DNA of 64,000 nt from Myxococcota bacterium (GTDB lineage: Bacteria > Myxococcota_A > UBA9160 > UBA6930): NCBI GenBank assembly GCA_965223415.1, contig OZ245002.1, positions 800,001 through 864,000 of the forward strand. Direction: 5' to 3'. Below are positions 57,666 through 64,000 of this stretch, piece after piece. The notes beneath the pieces are model-generated. The model did not search any database. It was not told the origin of the DNA and was given only the letters and a program-made list of their open reading frames with translations. Both the position numbers and the translations under genes were made by a program. Numbering within the stretch: the stretch's first letter is position 1; each line of letters starts with the position of its first letter.

Positions 57666-58321
57666 GCGTGGGCGTGGACCGGGAGTCGTGGCGGTACCGC
57701 GCGCGGGTGCGGCTGCTGGCGTGGCTGGCAGCGGGCTTCCTGCGCCTGCTGGGCGCGACCTGGCGGGTCCGGGTCAGCGGGCCGTCGCCCTGGGAGGAGG
57801 CGCCCTTCGTGGCGGCACTCTGGCACCAGGGGCTGTTCGTCGCCGCCATCGTCTGGAAGGGCCGCGGGGTGGCGGTTCCGGTGAGCCGCAGCCGGGACGG
57901 CGACCAGATCGACGCCGTCATGCGCCGGCTGGGCTTCGCCGAGAGCCCGCGGGGCTCGAGCTCCCGGGGCGCCAGCTCGCTCCTGCGGGAGATGATCCGG
58001 CGGGTCCAGGGCGGCCAGGTCGTCGGCATGCTGCCGGACGGCCCGCGGGGCCCGGCGGGCGAGGCGAAGCCCGGCGTCGTCGCCCTCTCTCGGGCCACGG
58101 GGGCTCGCCTGGTGCCGGTGGGGGTGGCCGCGGCCCCGGCCTTGCGCTTCGGCAGCTGGGACCGGGCGATCCTGCCGCTCCCCTTCGCCCGGGTGCGCTG
58201 CCGCTACGGAGAGCCCCTCGTCGTGCCGAAGAGGGCCCGTGGCGCGGAGCTCGATGAGCTGCGCGTCCGTCTGGAAGGCGAGCTCGATCGATTGAACCGG
58301 GAGGTCGAGGCCGGCCTCTGA
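57662..58321 (+). CDS. DUF374/lysophospholipid acyltransferase family protein
   Basis: LWH, SRSRDG, RGSSSRG, PDGPRGP, SWDR. Confidence 0.88.
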   Translation: MSVGVDRESWRYRARVRLLAWLAAGFLRLLGATWRVRVSGPSPWEEAPFVAALWHQGLFVAAIVWKGRGVAVPVSRSRDGDQIDAVMRRLGFAESPRGSSSRGASSLLREMIRRVQGGQVVGMLPDGPRGPAGEAKPGVVALSRATGARLVPVGVAAAPALRFGSWDRAILPLPFARVRCRYGEPLVVPKRARGAELDELRVRLEGELDRLNREVEAGL

Positions 58322-58364
58322 TTCGGGGCCGGCCCGGCTGCCGGCCCCCTGGAGACCGACCCCC

Positions 58365-59060
58365 GTGACCCCCCACCTGCGGCTGATGACCGCGAACCTG
58401 TACAACGGACGCGCCACCCCGGAGGCGATCGCCCGGCTGGTCGAGACCCTTCAGGTGGACGTGGCCTGCTTCCAGGAGCTGGCGCCGGCCCAGGCCGAGG
58501 CGATCGGGGCCGTCCTTCCCCACGGAAAGCTCGATCCGCGCACCGACCACGAGGGGGCGGGCATCGCCCTGCGCCGGCCTGCCGAGGTCGAGCGTCTGCC
58601 GCTGCCCCGCCGCGACGCGCGGGTGACGCGGCTCGAGCCCCGCCACTGGCCGGTGCTCGACGCGCCCCTCGAGGTGGTGGGCGTCCACATCCAGGCCCCC
58701 CACGGCAACCCGCCGCCGTGGATCACCCTGCCCCTGCGCCGGGGCCAGATGGCCGGGCTGGTCGACTACTTCGAGAGCGTCCCGCGCCCGCACCGGGTCG
58801 TGGTCGGCGACTTCAACGCGACGCCGCTGTGGCCGGCCTACCGGCGCATGCGCCAGCACCTCTGCGACGGTCCGGCCCAGCTCGCCCGCTCCCGCGGCGA
58901 GCGCCCGCCGCGCACCTGGGGCCCCGGCTTCGCCCGCGGCCTCCGCCTCCTGCGCATCGACCACGTCTTCACCAGCGGCGTCGCCCTCGCCGACAGCGCC
59001 GTCCACCCCATCGAGGGCTCCGACCACGCCGCCCTCGTCGTCGACCTCGAGCTCGCCTGA
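58365..59060 (+). CDS. endonuclease/exonuclease/phosphatase family protein
   Basis: MTANL, FQEL, GDFN, RIDHVF, GSDH. Confidence 0.88.
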   Translation: MTPHLRLMTANLYNGRATPEAIARLVETLQVDVACFQELAPAQAEAIGAVLPHGKLDPRTDHEGAGIALRRPAEVERLPLPRRDARVTRLEPRHWPVLDAPLEVVGVHIQAPHGNPPPWITLPLRRGQMAGLVDYFESVPRPHRVVVGDFNATPLWPAYRRMRQHLCDGPAQLARSRGERPPRTWGPGFARGLRLLRIDHVFTSGVALADSAVHPIEGSDHAALVVDLELA

Positions 59061-60036
59061 AAAAGCGCAAGAGTGGGGACGTTCCTTGCATCTTGCGTTC
59101 TTGCCGTGGCCTCGGGACAACGAGCCGGCTACATGTGAGGCACCCCGGTCCCGGGGAGTCCAGCCATGGCCCGAGGACCGAGAGTCGACGCGCCTGGCGC
59201 GGTTCAGCACGTCATGATCCGCGGCATCGAACGGCGCCGGATCTTCGTCGACTCCGCGGACTACGACGCCTTCGCCGCCCGCCTCGACCGGCTCCTGCCG
59301 GAGCTCGGGTTTCGCTGCTTCGCCTGGGTGTTGATGCCGAACCACGGCCACTTCGTCCTCCAGACCGGCGAGGTCCCGCTTCCCCAGCTGATGGCGCGCT
59401 TGGGTACGAGCTACGCCCGGTACTTCAACGATCGCCACGACCGGGCAGGGCACGTCACCCAGAATCGCTACAGGTCGCGCCTGGCCGAAGACGAGGCCGA
59501 TCTCAAGGGCCTGATCGCCTACGTCGACCGCAATCCGATCGGTGCCGGCCTCGTACCGGACGTAGATGCGCTGGGAGACTTCGAGTCGTGCGGCTACGCG
59601 GCCTGTATCGGGACGCGACCACCGCGCCCCTTCGAGAGCCCGAGCGAGACGCTGCGGCTGTTCGGCGACGACACCCAGGCGGCTCGCGAGCAGCTCCGCC
59701 GCTGGGTGGAGCACCCGCTGGACACCGGAGCCCCCCTCCCCGCAGAGGCCGCCGAGGAGGACCCGACGCTGCTCGATCGGCTGATCGAGGTGGTGTGCGC
59801 AGGCCACGACCTACCGCGGGAGCGGGTCCTGGGGCCCCGTCACGATCGTCGGACTGTCGCCGCTCGCGCAGAGATCGTTCGCCGGGCCGTCGAGGACCTG
59901 GGCCTGCGCGGCAGCGTCGTCGCGAGGGCTCTCGGTGTGTCCGAGTCGACCGTGAGCCGGGCACTTCGGCGTGGCCGGCCGCCGCCCTAGAAAGTGCAAG
60001 ATGCAAGGAACGTCCCCGGTCTTGCGTTTCGGGCTA
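59061..60036 (+). mobile_element. RAYT-type element: HUH transposase gene between two inverted family-1 REP units
   Basis: Left unit 59066-59097 CGCAAGAGTGGGGACGTTCCTTGCATCTTGCG; right unit 59995-60026 TGCAAGATGCAAGGAACGTCCCCGGTCTTGCG. Confidence 0.8.
59166..59990 (+). CDS. REP-associated tyrosine (Y1/HUH) transposase with C-terminal DnaA-C-like HTH
   Basis: HVMIRG, LMPNHGH (HUH), YARYFN, YVDRNP (catalytic Tyr); C-terminal VARALGVSESTVSRAL HTH. Confidence 0.9.
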   Translation: MARGPRVDAPGAVQHVMIRGIERRRIFVDSADYDAFAARLDRLLPELGFRCFAWVLMPNHGHFVLQTGEVPLPQLMARLGTSYARYFNDRHDRAGHVTQNRYRSRLAEDEADLKGLIAYVDRNPIGAGLVPDVDALGDFESCGYAACIGTRPPRPFESPSETLRLFGDDTQAAREQLRRWVEHPLDTGAPLPAEAAEEDPTLLDRLIEVVCAGHDLPRERVLGPRHDRRTVAARAEIVRRAVEDLGLRGSVVARALGVSESTVSRALRRGRPPP

Positions 60037-62415
60037 GCGGCGTTCGATGGAGCGGCGGAGCCAGTCGCCGATGTCGGGGTGGTCGAGGAGGCCGGCGGTC
60101 TCCAGGCGTCGGGCGCTGATGGCGCGGACGTCGGCCGGGGAGTCGGCGTCGAGGGCGAGGCGGGCGTCGGTGGCGGCGTCGCCCATGTCGAGGGCGCGCA
60201 CGATCTCCTTGACGACGGGGATGGCGCTGGCGACGCCGGAGAGCTCGCCGAGGCCCAGGCCGACGAGGATCGGCACGGCCAGGGGATCGCTGGCCATCTC
60301 TCCGCACAGCGAGATCGGGATGTCCGCGCGCGCGGCGGCCCGCACCGATCGGTCGATCAGGTTCAGCACCGCCGGGTGCAGCGAATCGTACAGGTGCGCC
60401 ACGCGCTCGTTGCCGCGATCGACAGCCAGGGTGTACTGGGTGAGATCGTTCGTCCCGATGCTGAAGAAGTCGCACTCCCGGGCGAGCACGTCGGCGGTCA
60501 CCGCGGCGGCGGGCACCTCGATCATGATGCCCACCGGCACCTCCTCGTCGAAGGCCGCGCCGCGCTCCCGCAGCTCCTGCTTCGTCTCCTCGACGAGCGC
60601 ATGGACCCGCTGGAGCTCCTGCACGTGGCTGACCATGGGGATCAGGATGCGCACGTTGCGGTAGGCGCTCGCCCGGAGGATCGCCCGCAGCTGCGCCCGG
60701 AAGCTCTCCACGTGGGACAGGGAGAGCCGGATCGAGCGCCAGCCGAGCTGCGGATTCTCCTCCCCCTCCAGCTCGAGGCCGGGGATCGCCTTGTCCCCGC
60801 CGAGATCGAGGGTGCGGATCGTGACCGGCCGCGGCGACATGGCGCGGGCCGCCCCCTCGTAGAGCTGCTCCTGCTCGTCCTCGCTCGGAAAGCCCCGGTG
60901 CACCAGGGCCAGGAGCTCCGTCCGGAAGAGCCCGACCCCCTCGGCGCCGTGCCGCTCGCACAGCCGCAGGTCCGAGAGCAGGCCGACGTTCGCGGTCAGG
61001 CGCACCCGGTGGCCGTCCCAGGTCTCTGCGGGGCGATCGGCGAGGGCGTCCAGGTGCTCGAGGGCGATCTGGGCCCGCTGCTGGGCCCGCTGGTACTCGG
61101 CGCGCAGGTGGTCGTCGGGAGAACGGAAGATGCGCCCGGTGTCGCCGTCGACGATCACCTCCTCGCCGGCGCGCACGGCCGCCAGCACGCCGGCCGCGCC
61201 GGTGACCGAGGGGATCTCCAGGGCGCGGGCGAAGATGGCGCCGTGGGAGGTCGGGCCGCCGTGCTCCGAGACGATTGCCGTCACCTTGTCCGTATCGAGC
61301 AGCGCGAAGTGGGCCGGCAGCAGGTTCGACGCGACCACCACCGAGCCCTCGCGCAGCGGCATCGCGTGGTGACGCAGACCGAGCAGGCGGGCGATCACAC
61401 GCTGCCCCACGTCCTGCACGTCGGTTCCGCGCTCCTGGAAGTAGGGGTCCTCGATCGACGCGAAGAGCTGCTCGTACTCGTCGAGCACCTGGCGAAGCGC
61501 CGCCAGGGCGCTTCCGGTGTTGCGCGCGCCCGCCTCGAGCTTCACCACGAAGCCCGTGTCCTCCAGCATCTGGATGTGGGTGTTGAAGACCGAGGCGAAG
61601 TCGGCCCCGAAACGCTCGCCCACGTCCTCGCGCAGAGCGTCGAGCTCGCGGCGGGCCTCGTCCAGGGCGCCGCGCAGGTCCGCCCACTCGGCGTCCGGGT
61701 CCGGGTTCGGCGTGTACTCGACACGATCGAGGTCCACGGTGTCGCCCAGGAAGTGCACCGGACCGATGGCGATGCCGCGAGAGGTGGGCATGCCGAGGAT
61801 CGGAGCGCCGCGCTCCTCCTCGCCGTCCTGCCCGCGCACGTGGAGGCCCGCCTCGTCGAGCTCCTCCACGATCCGCGCCCGCGCCTCGGCGTTCCCGGCG
61901 ACCAGCGCCAGGAGCTGGGAGTTCATCACGACCGGTGCGATCAGGCGTGCGGAGGTGTCGAGCAGCTCCAGGTCGTCGTCGGAGAAGGCGCGCTCCTGGC
62001 GGGTCTGCACGACGAGCACGCCGATCGTGAGCCCCCGATCGCTCTCGGCCCCGCGCACGACGAGCGGTGCCGCAGCGAGGGAGGCGAAGCGCTCCTCGCC
62101 GGTCTCCGGGAAATAGCGGTAGGCCGGGTGGTCCCGCGCGTCGGTGAAGGCCTCGGGCCGCCCCTGTCGCACCACGTGTCCCACCAGCCCTTCGCCGGGC
62201 GGCAGGCGCACGCGACCGACGGCCGTGCGGTCGAGACCGATCGTCGCCTGCAGCTGCATGTGACGCAGGTCCGTGTCGGTCAGGTAGACGGAGCAGGCGT
62301 CGGCGTCGAGACGCTTCGCCACCAGGTCGACGACGTTGTCCAGGGTCTCGCGCAGGTCGTGGGATCGCGAGACGATCCCGGCGACATCCGCCAGCAGGGT
62401 TTGCCGATCCGGAAT
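60034..62415 (-). CDS. ptsP: PEP-protein phosphotransferase EI-Ntr (GAF-EI); probable ATT start
   Basis: GAF (CSVYL...FPETGEERF), GGPTSHGAIFAR, GLFRTE, IRTLDLGGDK, SIGTNDL, LCGEMA; reading frame extends upstream of the track start to ATT 62415 after GGAGG. Confidence 0.92.
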   Translation of the reverse strand: MPDRQTLLADVAGIVSRSHDLRETLDNVVDLVAKRLDADACSVYLTDTDLRHMQLQATIGLDRTAVGRVRLPPGEGLVGHVVRQGRPEAFTDARDHPAYRYFPETGEERFASLAAAPLVVRGAESDRGLTIGVLVVQTRQERAFSDDDLELLDTSARLIAPVVMNSQLLALVAGNAEARARIVEELDEAGLHVRGQDGEEERGAPILGMPTSRGIAIGPVHFLGDTVDLDRVEYTPNPDPDAEWADLRGALDEARRELDALREDVGERFGADFASVFNTHIQMLEDTGFVVKLEAGARNTGSALAALRQVLDEYEQLFASIEDPYFQERGTDVQDVGQRVIARLLGLRHHAMPLREGSVVVASNLLPAHFALLDTDKVTAIVSEHGGPTSHGAIFARALEIPSVTGAAGVLAAVRAGEEVIVDGDTGRIFRSPDDHLRAEYQRAQQRAQIALEHLDALADRPAETWDGHRVRLTANVGLLSDLRLCERHGAEGVGLFRTELLALVHRGFPSEDEQEQLYEGAARAMSPRPVTIRTLDLGGDKAIPGLELEGEENPQLGWRSIRLSLSHVESFRAQLRAILRASAYRNVRILIPMVSHVQELQRVHALVEETKQELRERGAAFDEEVPVGIMIEVPAAAVTADVLARECDFFSIGTNDLTQYTLAVDRGNERVAHLYDSLHPAVLNLIDRSVRAAARADIPISLCGEMASDPLAVPILVGLGLGELSGVASAIPVVKEIVRALDMGDAATDARLALDADSPADVRAISARRLETAGLLDHPDIGDWLRRSIERR

Positions 62416-62479
62416 GAGCCACCCCCTCCGAGCCCCGTCGTAAGGAGGTGAAGGGTACCGGACCCCGGCCGCCGAAGGG

Positions 62480-62755
62480 CTAGTGGGTGCCGAAGGGCGA
62501 GCCGCTCGGGTCGAAGGGCGAAGGCTCGCGGCGCCTGGCGGGCGGGAAGACCTGATCCTTGTCCTCGAAGCGCATGCCGAGGGCCAGCAGGATCTTTCGC
62601 TTCGTGTCCATCCGGCAGTTCATGCCCTTCTCGACACTGTGGATGGTGCGCAGTGCGACCTTGGCCTTGCGGGCCAGCTGCGCCTGGGTCATCAGGCGAT
62701 TCTCCCGAAGCTCTCGAACCCGGTTGGGAAACTGTCCGCTGCTCTCGTCGTTCAC
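62480..62755 (-). CDS. small XRE-family HTH regulator
   Basis: NRVRELRENRLMTQAQLARKAKVALRTIHSVEKG...CRMDTKRKILLALG. Confidence 0.85.
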   Translation of the reverse strand: MNDESSGQFPNRVRELRENRLMTQAQLARKAKVALRTIHSVEKGMNCRMDTKRKILLALGMRFEDKDQVFPPARRREPSPFDPSGSPFGTH

Positions 62756-63014
62756 TCGCCGATCCCCGTTGAGGCTCCGCTGGCGCAGGTCGCCGAATGC
62801 TGCTCGTTTCGTCCCGGGGCGGGATTTCTTTAGGGAAAATCGAGGCTTGGGCAGGGCTGGCGATCCCCGGAGCCGCTCCAGAAGCGTTGGGTTCCCAGGG
62901 GGATGCGGGTCGAGACGCACGCCGCCCGCGCTCTGGTGATGCACGATCCCCCAGGGGATCGGCACCGCCGGGAGAGGCGGGGTTGCTACCGTCGCCCCGG
63001 GGAGTCGACCAGGC

Positions 63015-64000
63015 GTGCGTCGCTGGCTGATCGTGGGGTTCCTGGTCGCGATCTTCGCGGCGGCGGCGGCGCTCGGGTTCGCTGCCGCGTCGCGGCTCGC
63101 CCCGGTCTACCTCGAGGCGGCCTTGGAGGAGGGCCTCTCGGAGGCCCTCGCCACCCCGGTGCGGCTGGAGCGGACGGAGCTGCGCCGGGGCGAGAGCTGG
63201 CCCTTCCTGCGCCTCGAGATCCGGCGGGCCAGCGCCTGGCCGGGAGCCCGGGGACCGGGCCTCGCCGTGGAGAGGGTCCACGCCGAGGTGGACCTGCTCG
63301 CCTGGCTGCGAGGCCGCACCCCCGTCGATCGGGTCGTCCTGGAGGCGCCCTGGCTCCGGCTGCCGCCCGGGGGCGAGCGGCCGCCGGACCCCGCGGTGGC
63401 CGCGACGGATCTGGACCTCCTCCAGCAGCGGGTCGCGAGCCTGACCGGCGTCGGCGAGTGGCTGCGGGAGACGGTCTGTGAGCTGCCGGCGATCGACGTC
63501 CTCGGCGGGAGGCTGCAGGCGGCGGCGGCGCCGGGCGATCCCCCGGTGGAGCTCCGGGACATCCAAGGCTCTCTGGCCTGCGACGGCGGCGGCGGCCGGA
63601 TCGGTCTCAGCGCCGAGCCGCCGAGCGGCGGCCGCGTCGAGGTCCACGTGGACGTGGTCGGCGGCGAGGTCCGCGCCGAGGTTTCCCTCGACCGGGTCGA
63701 GGCAGCCGACTGGGCACCGCTCACCGCCCCGGCCCGCGCGAAGGGGCGGCTCAGCGGCCGGCTCGGCTGGCGGACGGCTCCCGGCGCCCCGCACCGGCTC
63801 GAGGCGGCCCTCCGCGGGCCCCGCCTGGGGATCCGGGTCGAGCCGGAGCGTGGCGAGCCCTGGCGGCTCGACCTGCCGGCGCCAGCCCTGCACCTCGAGC
63901 TGCGGGCGACCCGGGAGGCCCTCGAGCTGGTCCACGGCGAGTGGGACGACCGCGGGCTCACGGTCGGAGCGGACGGCCGGCTGGCGCTGCCGGTCCGCGA
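63015..64000 (+). CDS. AsmA-like membrane-anchored protein, 5' part (runs off window)
   Basis: GGGGAG RBS, GTG 63015: MRRWLIVGFLVAIFAAAAALGF..., then beta-rich sequence (VERVHAEVDLLAWLRG...VVLEAPWLRL); family assignment tentative. Confidence 0.55.
   Translation, partial: MRRWLIVGFLVAIFAAAAALGFAAASRLAPVYLEAALEEGLSEALATPVRLERTELRRGESWPFLRLEIRRASAWPGARGPGLAVERVHAEVDLLAWLRGRTPVDRVVLEAPWLRLPPGGERPPDPAVAATDLDLLQQRVASLTGVGEWLRETVCELPAIDVLGGRLQAAAAPGDPPVELRDIQGSLACDGGGGRIGLSAEPPSGGRVEVHVDVVGGEVRAEVSLDRVEAADWAPLTAPARAKGRLSGRLGWRTAPGAPHRLEAALRGPRLGIRVEPERGEPWRLDLPAPALHLELRATREALELVHGEWDDRGLTVGADGRLALPVR

Noticed and set aside
24127..60026. Repeats as a CRISPR array or as simple terminators
   Set aside because: Dispersed inverted doublets with no spacers and no cas genes; conserved loops and linkage to the RAYT argue against plain terminators
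1..64000. Many long overlapping ORFs in the track (e.g. 34355-38644 minus, 13783-16704 plus, 39270-42671 plus)
   Set aside because: Antisense or off-frame shadows of real genes, expected at this GC content; Arg/Gly/Pro-rich with no motifs

Overview
Very GC-rich bacterial chromosomal window. Gene content (DUF6178, deltaproteobacterial-type HTH, PtsP, paired acyl-CoA dehydrogenases) suggests Myxococcota or a relative; this is inference. It is mostly housekeeping and metabolic: an ATP-grasp/inactive-transglutaminase-7TM/peptidase operon, methanethiol oxidase (mtoX) with a fused SCO-MauG maturase, pabB, E. coli-type frdABCD plus a CoA-transferase, aguBA, two tandem MMPL/RND transporters, leuS, a heme-copper oxidase operon and ptsP. 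No rRNA, tRNA or CRISPR array was seen. The most interesting signals are four. (1) A RAYT-type HUH transposase with a C-terminal HTH is bracketed by two inverted 32-nt units. The same units occur elsewhere as perfect 70-72 bp palindromes, and a second family of 32-nt units shares the GGGACGTTCCT core in the same register but has unrelated self-complementary arms; nearly all abut stop codons. (2) A 549-bp intergenic region holds two diverged, inverted copies of a structured element with conserved motifs and unrelated stems. (3) The A-family oxidase has K-channel Thr/Lys naturally replaced (a K362M equivalent). (4) There are several small proteins missed by the ORF track, two +1 frameshifts and a probable ATT start for ptsP. 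All coordinates and alignments were done by eye; no searches were run.
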